A DNA stretch of 64,000 nt from an uncultured Flavobacteriales bacterium. Lineage in GTDB: Bacteria > Bacteroidota > Bacteroidia > Flavobacteriales_G > NORP312. The stretch lies in contig CAJQPE010000044.1 of NCBI GenBank assembly GCA_905480125.1, forward strand, positions 1,569-65,568, written 5' to 3'. The notes under the pieces were generated by a model. It saw only the letters and a program-made list of their open reading frames with translations. It made no database searches and was not told the DNA's origin. Of the stretch, positions 48,968 to 57,311 are shown piece by piece. The stretch's first letter is position 1. Each line of letters opens with the position of its first letter. The position numbers were made by a program, and so were the translations under genes.

Positions 48968-49753
48968 ATGAGAAAAGTATTAACATTAGCTACTTTGATT
49001 CTTATGGGTTTGGCTTCTATAGCCGGAACTATAATTCTTGAAGGTAACTATCAAGGAAAGAACTTGTACGTTCAGAATCCATTTGCTGGTTCGGGGGTAG
49101 GTTTTTGTACTTATGAAGTAACGGTTAATGGAGATGTAACAACGGATGAAATCAATTCTAGCGCCTTTGAAATTGATTTTACAAACTTTCAACTTCAAAT
49201 TGGGGAGAAAGTTGTTGTGGCGATCAAACATAAGGATGATTGTCGTCCTAAAGTCTTGAATCCAGAAGTATTAAAACCGAAAAGCACGTTTGAGGTTACT
49301 TCAATGAATGTGACAAAGGAAGCTATTTTAGAATGGCAAGCAAAAAACGAAACAGGAAAACTTTCTTATGTCATTGAACAATTTAGATGGAATAAATGGA
49401 TCAAAATTGGTGAAGTTGAGGGAAAAGGTGTAGATACAGAAAGTATGTATTCATTTCAAACTACACCTCATTCCGGTGAAAATCAGTTTAGGGTAAAACA
49501 AGTTGATTATACAGGCAAACCAAGATATTCTAAGCCCGTCCGTTATAGGTGTTTGGAGGGAGAGATATCCTTTACGCCTTTAAAAGTGAAAGACGACATT
49601 GATTTTACATCGGAAACAATGTTTGAAATATACGACAGCTATGGTAATATTGTTAAGAAAGGATTTGCCAGTAAAGTTGATGCATCAAATCTTAGTAAGG
49701 GTATTTACTACTTGAACTATGACAATAAAACAGATAAATTCGTGAAGAAATAA
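48968..49753 (+). CDS. Small secreted protein with a putative T9SS C-terminal sorting domain
   Basis: Signal peptide MRKVLTLATLILMGLASIAG. The C-terminus FEIYDSYGNIVKKGFASKVDASNLSKGIYYLNYDNKTDKFVKK resembles a type A CTD. Confidence 0.55.
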   Translation: MRKVLTLATLILMGLASIAGTIILEGNYQGKNLYVQNPFAGSGVGFCTYEVTVNGDVTTDEINSSAFEIDFTNFQLQIGEKVVVAIKHKDDCRPKVLNPEVLKPKSTFEVTSMNVTKEAILEWQAKNETGKLSYVIEQFRWNKWIKIGEVEGKGVDTESMYSFQTTPHSGENQFRVKQVDYTGKPRYSKPVRYRCLEGEISFTPLKVKDDIDFTSETMFEIYDSYGNIVKKGFASKVDASNLSKGIYYLNYDNKTDKFVKK

Positions 49754-49777
49754 TAAAGGCGTACAAGCTAAAAGAAG

Positions 49778-49803
49778 ATACTCCTTTTAGGGGTATTTTT
49801 TTT
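49778..49803 (+). terminator. Rho-independent terminator
   Basis: ATACTCC (49778-49784), loop TTTTA, GGGGTAT (49790-49796, with one G-U pair), followed by T8. Confidence 0.65.
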
Positions 49804-49820
49804 GCCTAAATATTTATATT

Positions 49821-50225
49821 ATGACAAACAACATTGAGCACATAGGTATAGCTGTTAAGAATTTAGAAGCTGCGACATCGATTTATGAAAAATTGCTAGG
49901 AACGGTTTGTTACAAAGTAGAAGCGGTAGAGAGCGAAGGTGTTTCAACAGCATTTTTAAAGTCAGGAGTTAATAAGATTGAGTTGCTGGAAGCGAGCAGT
50001 TCAGATAGTCCGATAGCAAAGTTTATCGAGAAGCGTGGAGAAGGAATTCATCATATCGCTTTTGCGGTGGAAGACATTGCATCGGAGATGGTACGTTTGG
50101 CTGCAGCGGGGTTCACAATTTTAAATGGCAATCCAAAGAAGGGCGCTGATAATAAATTAGTTTGTTTTGTTCATCCGAAATCAACTAATGGGGTATTGAT
50201 CGAATTATGCCAAGATATTAAGTAA
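49821..50225 (+). CDS. mce: Methylmalonyl-CoA epimerase (VOC/glyoxalase fold)
   Basis: 134 aa. IEHIGIAV, GEGIHHIAF, and the C-terminal NGVLIELCQ is typical of MCE. Confidence 0.85.
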   Translation: MTNNIEHIGIAVKNLEAATSIYEKLLGTVCYKVEAVESEGVSTAFLKSGVNKIELLEASSSDSPIAKFIEKRGEGIHHIAFAVEDIASEMVRLAAAGFTILNGNPKKGADNKLVCFVHPKSTNGVLIELCQDIK

Positions 50226-50849
50226 TTCACCTTTGGTGCTAAATAGCTTTGTTATGCAGCCTTCTTTATGGTGATATGTGTTTATGCCAAGTTGGTTGGC
50301 AGATTCAATATGTTGTATGGAATCGTCAATAAATAGAGTTTCTGTTGAGTTTAGCGAGTGAGATTTTAGAACAAACTCGAAGCAATCATTATTGGGTTTT
50401 CTCAAACCAATTTCATGAGAATAGTATGCCTTGTTGAAGAGAGAATTAAAATCAAGCTGATATGTTGTTTTAAAATAGGCCATATATGCATCGTAATGTA
50501 TCTTGTTAGTGTTGCTCAATAGAAATATTTGGTAATGCTTGTCAACTGATTTTAGGAGCTCTAATCTTTCTTTAGGCAGGTCAAGAAGCATTGCGTTCCA
50601 TGCATTGATAATTTGACTGTCCGAACCGCTCAAATGGAGTGCTGATTTAAGTTCGTGTATAAAACTGCTAGATTCGATATTGCCTATTTCTAGATTATCG
50701 AAAAGGTTATTTTGGCGAAACTGGGAGTAAAGTTTATCAAACTTATTTCCTCCAATTTTTTTAAAGGCGCTAGCGGTTTTATTGTAATCGATATTAAGTA
50801 TCACTCCACCTAAATCGAAGATGATGTTTTTGATATTCTTTCCTTCCAT
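50205..50849 (-). CDS. HAD-superfamily hydrolase
   Basis: 214 aa. Motif I IIFDLGGV, motif II LLSNT, motif IV FIDDS. Confidence 0.85.
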   Translation of the reverse strand: MEGKNIKNIIFDLGGVILNIDYNKTASAFKKIGGNKFDKLYSQFRQNNLFDNLEIGNIESSSFIHELKSALHLSGSDSQIINAWNAMLLDLPKERLELLKSVDKHYQIFLLSNTNKIHYDAYMAYFKTTYQLDFNSLFNKAYYSHEIGLRKPNNDCFEFVLKSHSLNSTETLFIDDSIQHIESANQLGINTYHHKEGCITKLFSTKGELLNILA

Positions 50850-50925
50850 TATGCCGAGGTAAAAGTTGTGTAATTGAGGGCAAATATGTAAAATTGTAGC
50901 TTTATTTAGAACTAATAATTCTAAA

Positions 50926-51002
50926 GGGCCTATAGCTCAGTTGGTTAGAGCACCTGACTCATAATCAGGTGGTCCGAGGTTCGAGTCCTCGTGGGCCCAC
51001 CA
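50926..51002 (+). tRNA. tRNA with CAT anticodon (elongator Met or lysidine-dependent Ile2)
   Basis: Cloverleaf: acceptor GGGCCTA/TGGGCCC, D-arm TAGCTCAGTTGGTTAGAGC, anticodon stem CCTGA/TCAGG with loop CTCATAA, T-arm CGAGG-TTCGAGT-CCTCG, encoded CCA. The acceptor stem and variable loop look tRNA-Ile-like. It is not an initiator. Confidence 0.92.
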
Positions 51003-51007
51003 AAAAC

Positions 51008-51039
51008 AAACCCACTCAGCTGAGTGGGTTTTTGTTTTT
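51008..51039 (+). terminator. Rho-independent terminator after the tRNA (potentially bidirectional)
   Basis: Palindrome AAACCCACTCAG/CTGAGTGGGTTT followed by TTGTTTTT, with an A-tract on the 5' side. Confidence 0.75.
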
Positions 51040-51135
51040 AATACAAATAAAAAATATTGTAAGTAATAAAAATGTTATTGCTGAAGAAATTGACTATTTA
51101 AACTAAAAAACACTAAAAATAAAAAAATAGATTTT

Positions 51136-51786
51136 TCAATTATTTATTGATATTTTCTTTTCTGTAAATCCATCACTATAGATATAAAACAATATGTGAT
51201 TATTTTTAAAAGATGCTTCTCTGCCAAGAATATCAACAATTTTTACAATTTCTTTCTTTTGATAAGAGAAATCATCAACAGCTAAAACAACATTTAGATC
51301 TACTCCTGGATTAGAAAAATCACCTGCAACAAACTCCCATCTTCCCCAAGGAGTACCTGATGGATATTCGCCTGTCATCCAATATATTTTATCTTCAAAA
51401 AGACAGTTAATGGAATTACCATTAGTGGGTAAACCTTGATTAATATACCAGCTATCCAAATTAGCGGAATCATTTCTTAGATAAACAGTTGCATTCATTG
51501 TATCTGTAATTGGAAAGTTATGAGAAAATGAATAAAATGCTTCATCAATTAAAGTGTCTTGAGAAATAATATTGCCTTGCGTATCTGAAAATTCCCAAAC
51601 AATAACATTATATTCTTGAGGATGAGTTAAATAATGACCTGCATGATAAATACTCAACATGGTAGTATCAGAACCTACATTAACGCTCATGCTCAATTGA
51701 TCACATGGAAGGCAAGTTACCGTTTGTGCTTTTGTTATTTGAATTAGCCCAAAAGCAATACCTAGTGTTAGTAAAGTCTTTTTCAT
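51136..51786 (-). CDS. Small secreted protein with a putative T9SS C-terminal sorting domain
   Basis: Signal peptide MKKTLLTLGIAFGLIQITKAQ. The C-terminus KIVDILGREASFKNNHILFYIYSDGFTEKKISINN resembles T9SS CTDs. Confidence 0.55.
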   Translation of the reverse strand: MKKTLLTLGIAFGLIQITKAQTVTCLPCDQLSMSVNVGSDTTMLSIYHAGHYLTHPQEYNVIVWEFSDTQGNIISQDTLIDEAFYSFSHNFPITDTMNATVYLRNDSANLDSWYINQGLPTNGNSINCLFEDKIYWMTGEYPSGTPWGRWEFVAGDFSNPGVDLNVVLAVDDFSYQKKEIVKIVDILGREASFKNNHILFYIYSDGFTEKKISINN

Positions 51787-52191
51787 GATTTGTAGTTTTA
51801 TAATTAATAATGATGCAACAAATATCTAAAATTCATTTCACCAGAGGGTGAAGTTTCTAATTAATTTAATTTTCTAAAAAAGTTCGAAACTGGGGCCGAG
51901 AGGTCCACAATTCAAAACCACAATATCCTAGTAGTCAGGAAACTACAAACTGTTGCGGGGTTTTTGTAGGCGGATTTGTAGTCGATTTCAAACGTTTCAT
52001 AATTCTTGAAGCTCAAACTATCGCGCTTAGTCAAAGAAAATAATACGTTGCAATAAAAACGATTTAAACATTTGATTTCAGGAGTTGGTCATTAAATATG
52101 GTATGTAAAAGTATTTGTTGGTTAGGACAATGTTATTTTACCAATACAGTTAAGCATGTGTAGAGCTAAAAATAGTACATTTGCTGCCGCT

Positions 52192-52896
52192 ATGAAAAAG
52201 CTAGTTATTATATTAACAATTGTGGTTGGGGTTCTTGCTTCTGGGTTTGCTCAAGAGGCCACATCGGCATCTAATTCGCCAATTAAGAGAGAAGCTAGGG
52301 AAGATATGCTATTGATGAATTTTAATTGGGCAACAATTTTAAATACAGGAGATAGTGTTAAAGTAGAACCATATTCTTGGGGTTACGATTTAAAATTAAT
52401 GTATGATGTTCCTATCCAAAGCTCTAATTTTTCGTTTGCACTTGGAGGTGGATTAGGAATTTCTAATTATTACACCAATGCAGAAATACAAAGCAGAACA
52501 ACTTCAGATGATACTGTGACTTTACAGTCTTTTTTTATCCCTGTTGACGAGGCAAGAGATATTAAGAGAAACAAGCTAACAATAACATATGCGGATATTC
52601 CTTTCGAAATTCGTTACAGATCAAATCCAGATAAACATGGCTATAGCTGGAAGTTGGCATTAGGGGCAAAAGTAGGGTATCACCTACAGACGAAATCTAA
52701 AATTATCGAAAACTCTAAGAAAGTAAAAACATACGATTTTCCTAATTACGAGAAATGGAGATTGGGACTTAATATGAGAGTTGCATACGGGAGAGTTGGA
52801 GTGAATGCCTTTTATTCTGCATCTTCAATATTCGATGATGGAAAAGGCGAGGCGATTAACCCTTTTTCTGTGGGGATAACGTTAATGCCTTTTTAG
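52192..52896 (+). CDS. Outer-membrane beta-barrel (porin-family) protein
   Basis: Signal peptide MKKLVIILTIVVGVLASGFAQ, alternating beta-strand pattern, and a C-terminal ...GITLMPF ending in aromatic Phe. A PorT/SprT relationship is possible but not established. Confidence 0.6.
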   Translation: MKKLVIILTIVVGVLASGFAQEATSASNSPIKREAREDMLLMNFNWATILNTGDSVKVEPYSWGYDLKLMYDVPIQSSNFSFALGGGLGISNYYTNAEIQSRTTSDDTVTLQSFFIPVDEARDIKRNKLTITYADIPFEIRYRSNPDKHGYSWKLALGAKVGYHLQTKSKIIENSKKVKTYDFPNYEKWRLGLNMRVAYGRVGVNAFYSASSIFDDGKGEAINPFSVGITLMPF

Positions 52897-52898
52897 TG

Positions 52899-53501
52899 TC
52901 ATAGAATTAGGTACTCGGAAAGAAATCCTATTATTAAACCAAAATAAATTTCTATAGGTTGATGTGCTTCCAGCCTTAATCGCGAGTAACCAACAAGACC
53001 TGCTAGAATTATAGCAGGAAACAAGAACTGACTTATTCCTACTATGTAAATTTCACTTAGTGCGTATACTATTCCAAGTAAACCACCAACACCAACCATA
53101 TGTGCGCTGGTTTTTTGTTTAAAATTAGCAAGAAATAAAATTATTAGCGAAATTGTTGCACCTAAAAGAGCGTTTGTAACAAGTTCAGGAAACCCAACTT
53201 GCTGCAACGAAAAATAAGCTGTAGCATAAAAAATGGCAGACATGATAAAAGGTAGCTTTCTTTCTTCTTGGCTAATCATTTTCAAGCTTTTTATGCCGTC
53301 CATTTTTAGTAACATTATTGTGCTAATCGCGGGTAGAACTAAAGTAAATATTGCCACGACCGCACATACAGCATATTTTGCATCTATGTTAAGCTGATAA
53401 ATTATATACACCGGAGAGTTGAAAATAACAAGTAAACTGTACAACGGAATAAATAGAGGATGAAAAACGACCGAAACAAAACGGGCCAATAGCTTCCCCA
53501 T
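52899..53501 (-). CDS. Polytopic membrane protein with PAP2-like phosphatase motifs
   Basis: 200 aa with 6 hydrophobic helices. ERKLPF, TSAHMVG and SRLRLEAHQPIE resemble PAP2 motifs KxxxxxxRP / SGH / SRxxxxxHxxx(D/E). Confidence 0.45.
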   Translation of the reverse strand: MGKLLARFVSVVFHPLFIPLYSLLVIFNSPVYIIYQLNIDAKYAVCAVVAIFTLVLPAISTIMLLKMDGIKSLKMISQEERKLPFIMSAIFYATAYFSLQQVGFPELVTNALLGATISLIILFLANFKQKTSAHMVGVGGLLGIVYALSEIYIVGISQFLFPAIILAGLVGYSRLRLEAHQPIEIYFGLIIGFLSEYLIL

Positions 53502-53502
53502 T

Positions 53503-54954
53503 CTAAAGCTCTTTTCTAAGTCTAGCCACCGGAATATTTAATTGTTCTCTGTATTTAGCAACTGTCCTTCTAGCGATGTTGTAACTTTTCTTTTTTAGTA
53601 ATTGAGTCAGTTTTTCATCGGTGAGGGGAGCCTTTTTATCTTCTGCGCCAACAGCATCTGAAAGAATTTTCTTGACTTCTCTTGTAGAAACTTCTTCTCC
53701 GCTATCATTAGTCAGCGACTCAGAGAAAAACGATTTTAATAAAAACGTGCCAAATGGAGTTTGAACATATTTGCTATTTGCAACACGAGAAATAGTTGAA
53801 ATATCGAGATCAATTTTTTCAGCTATGTCTTTCAATATCATTGGCTTGAGCTTGACTTCATCGCCAGTTAAAAAGTACTCTTGCTGTCTTTCCATTATTG
53901 CATTCATGGTAGTTTGAAGCGTATTTTGACGCTGCATAATCGCATCAATAAACCATTTTGCAGAATCTATTTTTTGTTTGATAAACATTAGGGCTTCTTT
54001 CTCTGCGCGAGTATTTTTTCCTTTGTTTGCCACGTAGGTTTCGATCATCTCGTTATACTTTCCACTTATTTTAAGATCTGGAGTATTTCGAGAATTCATC
54101 GAAAGCTCAAGCTCCTCGCCGTTTATCGTAATATAAAAATCAGGAACTACGTGTTCAACTGTTTTTTGTGTTTCGTTTAAAGAATTTCCGGGCTTCGGAT
54201 TCAGTTTAACAACCTCTTCTAACGCTTTTTTTAAATCATCACTTTGTATCTCTAATTTCTCTAAAATTTTGCTGTAGTGTTTTTTTGTGAATTCCTCAAA
54301 GTAGTTTTCGAGTATCACTTTTGCAGTTTCTATCGCAACGGTGTTTTCTTTTTTGTCGAGCTGAATAAGCAGACATTCTTGCAGTGTTCGCGCACCAGCT
54401 CCTGGCGGGTCAAAATCCTGAATAAGGCCTAGTAATTTTTCAAGTTCTTCAACAGATGTTATAATGTTTTGCGAAAAGGCTAAATCGTCAACAATTGAAT
54501 CTAACTCTCTTCTTAGATAACCAGAGTCATCAATATTTCCAATGAGGTGAATTGTAACTTGTTCTTCGTGTGCCGTTAAAATGCGCAAACCCACCTGTGC
54601 CTCAAGAATATCATGAAAACTCTTACCAGATGAATACGGAATATCTCTTTCTTGATCTTCAATACTTCTATTATTATTAACAGAAAGCTTATACGATGGC
54701 GTTTCATCATCACTTAGGTATTCGGAATAATCAAAATCTTCCTGAGCCTCAGTTGTTTCACCGAACTCATCATTGAAATCATCTTCGTCTTCTTCAATTT
54801 CTTCACGGCCCTCATCTAAAGCAGGGTTGATTTCCATTTCCTCTTTAATTCTTTGTTCTAGAGCAACGGTAGGAAGCTGCAGCATTTTCATCAGCTGAAT
54901 TTGCTGAGGCGAAAGCTTTTGTTGCAGTTTTAAATGTAATCCTTGTTTTAACAT
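53503..54954 (-). CDS. rpoN: RNA polymerase sigma-54 factor
   Basis: 483 aa. N-terminal Q/L-rich region I, an acidic region, an HTH, and the RpoN box ARRTVAKYRE. Confidence 0.96.
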   Translation of the reverse strand: MLKQGLHLKLQQKLSPQQIQLMKMLQLPTVALEQRIKEEMEINPALDEGREEIEEDEDDFNDEFGETTEAQEDFDYSEYLSDDETPSYKLSVNNNRSIEDQERDIPYSSGKSFHDILEAQVGLRILTAHEEQVTIHLIGNIDDSGYLRRELDSIVDDLAFSQNIITSVEELEKLLGLIQDFDPPGAGARTLQECLLIQLDKKENTVAIETAKVILENYFEEFTKKHYSKILEKLEIQSDDLKKALEEVVKLNPKPGNSLNETQKTVEHVVPDFYITINGEELELSMNSRNTPDLKISGKYNEMIETYVANKGKNTRAEKEALMFIKQKIDSAKWFIDAIMQRQNTLQTTMNAIMERQQEYFLTGDEVKLKPMILKDIAEKIDLDISTISRVANSKYVQTPFGTFLLKSFFSESLTNDSGEEVSTREVKKILSDAVGAEDKKAPLTDEKLTQLLKKKSYNIARRTVAKYREQLNIPVARLRKEL

Positions 54955-55003
54955 AATTTCTCCGTTTAATTGTTACAAGTTAGTAAAAAAACTTGTGTCA
55001 AAG

Positions 55004-56476
55004 CTAGAATTCTGCATTATTAGGTGTTCTTGGAAATGGAATAACATCTCTAATATTTCCCATGCCTGTGCAGAAAAGAACCAACCTTTCGAAGCCTAAA
55101 CCGAAGCCGCTGTGCGGAACAGTGCCGAACTTTCTAGTTTCTAGATACCACCAAACAGTTTCTTCTTCAATTCCGAACTTATTAACTCCTTTTATTAAAT
55201 TTTCGTAACGCTCTTCACGCTGCGATCCGCCTGCAATCTCTCCTATTCCTGGGAAAAGTACATCCATCGCGCTTACAGTTGGCCCAACTTCCATTCCTGG
55301 CTTGGCCTCAGGCAACTCGTCATCTTGACGCATATAAAACGCCTTAATGTCAGCTGGATAATTAGTAAGAATTACAGGTTTTTGAAATTTTTTTTCAACC
55401 AAAAATCGTTCATGCTCCGATTGTAAATCTGTTCCCCAGCCTTCAATAAGGTATTCGAATTTTTTCTTTTTATTGGGCTTAGAATTTCTAAGTATATCAA
55501 TTGCTTCAGTGTATGTCAACCGAACAAATTCGTTGTCGGTAATGAATTTAAGTTTATCGATTAGTGCCATTTCAGCCCGCTGATCTTGAGGCTTGGATTT
55601 TTCTTCGTCTTTTAATCGGGTTTCTAAAAATGCTAAATCATCTGTACAATTTTCTAGTACATGCGTAATGCAGTACTTTAAGAAATCTTCAGCTAGGTCC
55701 ATGTTGTCATTCAAGTCATTGAATGCAACTTCTGGTTCAATCATCCAAAATTCAGCTAAGTGGCGAGTTGTATTTGAGTTTTCAGCTCTAAATGTTGGCC
55801 CGAAAGTGTAAACCTCAGAGAGCGCCAAAGCACCAAGTTCAGCTTCTAACTGACCAGAAACAGTGAGGTTGGTTTCTTTGCCGAAAAAGTCTTTCGAGTA
55901 ATCGATATTTCCTTCTTCGTTTTTTGGAGGGTTTGCTGGGTCTAAAGTTGATACTCTAAACATCTCCCCCGCCCCTTCAGCATCAGAACCAGTTACTATT
56001 GGAGTATGCAGATACACAAAGCCCTTATCGTTAAAATATTTATGAATAGCAAAGGCCAATGCATGCCGAACTCTAAAAACAGCACTAAAAGTGTTAGTTC
56101 TAAATCTCAGATGGGCTTGTTCTCGCAGCTTCTCTAGAGTATGCCTTTTAGGTTGAAGAATGGTTTTTGAAACTTCGTCAGGATGAGCTTCGCCAAGAAC
56201 TTCAAGTGTAGTTGCTTGAATTTCAACACTTTGCCCTGCGCCTTGAGATTGAACAAGTGCGCCAGTAACAGATATTGCTGATGCAACTGTAATTTTAGCA
56301 AGTAAATTTTCATTAAAGTTTTCAAAGTCAATCACAATTTGTACATTGTTAATTGTTGAACCATCATTTAATGCTATGAAACGTCTGCTGCGAAATGCTT
56401 TAACCCAACCCTTAACCGTAACTTCTTTTCCTGTTGCTGATCTTTCTAGCAGCTCTTTGATTTTTATTCTTTTCAT
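55004..56476 (-). CDS. asnS: Asparagine--tRNA ligase
   Basis: 490 aa. OB-fold N-terminus, class IIb motif 2 [21 protein letters not shown], motif 3 GFGLGFERL. Confidence 0.95.
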   Translation of the reverse strand: MKRIKIKELLERSATGKEVTVKGWVKAFRSRRFIALNDGSTINNVQIVIDFENFNENLLAKITVASAISVTGALVQSQGAGQSVEIQATTLEVLGEAHPDEVSKTILQPKRHTLEKLREQAHLRFRTNTFSAVFRVRHALAFAIHKYFNDKGFVYLHTPIVTGSDAEGAGEMFRVSTLDPANPPKNEEGNIDYSKDFFGKETNLTVSGQLEAELGALALSEVYTFGPTFRAENSNTTRHLAEFWMIEPEVAFNDLNDNMDLAEDFLKYCITHVLENCTDDLAFLETRLKDEEKSKPQDQRAEMALIDKLKFITDNEFVRLTYTEAIDILRNSKPNKKKKFEYLIEGWGTDLQSEHERFLVEKKFQKPVILTNYPADIKAFYMRQDDELPEAKPGMEVGPTVSAMDVLFPGIGEIAGGSQREERYENLIKGVNKFGIEEETVWWYLETRKFGTVPHSGFGLGFERLVLFCTGMGNIRDVIPFPRTPNNAEF

Positions 56477-56615
56477 TGATAGCTGTATTACTGTGCAAAT
56501 TTATATTTCATTCCTTGCGAAATGAAATGTTGGCAAGGAATCTTTGGTATTTATAAGATATGTCAGCTTAACGATTAATTTGGTTTGTTTAAAATGGAAT
56601 TTGTTGCACTTGTCG

Positions 56616-56660
56616 AAAACAATGGAAACGATAAGACGCTCATATCGTTTCCATTGTTTT
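56616..56660. promoter_or_regulatory. 18-bp perfect inverted repeat (candidate TetR operator or strong hairpin) upstream of the efflux operon
   Basis: AAAACAATGGAAACGATA (56616-56633) is the exact reverse complement of TATCGTTTCCATTGTTTT (56643-56660), with a 9-nt spacer. A TAtgTTTG -7-like box lies at 56669-56676 and the tetR ATG at 56685. Confidence 0.55.
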
Positions 56661-56684
56661 ATTTGTATTATGTTTGCGCCGTAA

Positions 56685-57311
56685 ATGGACGAAAAATTTT
56701 CTGAAATACTTTTGAAGTCAGGCCAAGTGTTTATGCGTTATGGTCTAAAAAGCGTCACGATGGATGATATCGCGCGTGAAATTAAAGTCTCTAAAAAGAC
56801 GATTTACAAATATGTTAAAGATAAATCCGACCTACTTTGTAACGTAATGCGAGGAAATTGCTCTTGCGATGTTCTAGTAATTGATGAGATTCTTGAACGC
56901 AGATTAAACGCAATTGACGAGATTATTGAAATTGGACGATATGTTGCCGGACAATTAAAAATGATACATCCCTCTATCCATTACGATATGGAGAAATATT
57001 ATCCAGAAGTATGGCAATTATTTGAAAATCATAAGTCGGATTATTTATATGGATGCATAGCAGATAATATGGAACGCGGAATGAAAGAAGGATTATACCG
57101 CGACAATCTGAATATAGAGATTATGGGTAAAATATATCTTTCGAAAATCGACCTAGTGTTCGATGCGACAATTTTCCCACCTAATAAATTCAATTTTGTT
57201 GAAGTATATATGGAGCTGCTAAGGTATCACATCAAAGGTATTGCTAGTGATAATGGGGTGAAGTACCTTCGTAACGAAATAAAAAATGAAAACTTAAATT
57301 TTTACCAATGA
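56685..57311 (+). CDS. TetR/AcrR family transcriptional regulator
   Basis: 208 aa. N-terminal HTH GLKSVTMDDIAREIKVSKKTIYKYVKDK. Its stop overlaps the TolC-like gene start by 4 nt. Confidence 0.9.
   Translation: MDEKFSEILLKSGQVFMRYGLKSVTMDDIAREIKVSKKTIYKYVKDKSDLLCNVMRGNCSCDVLVIDEILERRLNAIDEIIEIGRYVAGQLKMIHPSIHYDMEKYYPEVWQLFENHKSDYLYGCIADNMERGMKEGLYRDNLNIEIMGKIYLSKIDLVFDATIFPPNKFNFVEVYMELLRYHIKGIASDNGVKYLRNEIKNENLNFYQ

Noticed and set aside
50926-52191. Possible tRNA-targeted genomic islet: tRNA(CAT) followed by an AT-rich gene and a long spacer, with a weak resemblance of GAGGTCCACAA (51899-51909) to the tRNA 3' end GGGCCCACCA.
   Set aside because: There is no integrase or recombinase. There is no exact direct repeat of 15 nt or more matching the tRNA 3' end. 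Only one ordinary T9SS-cargo-like gene lies in between.
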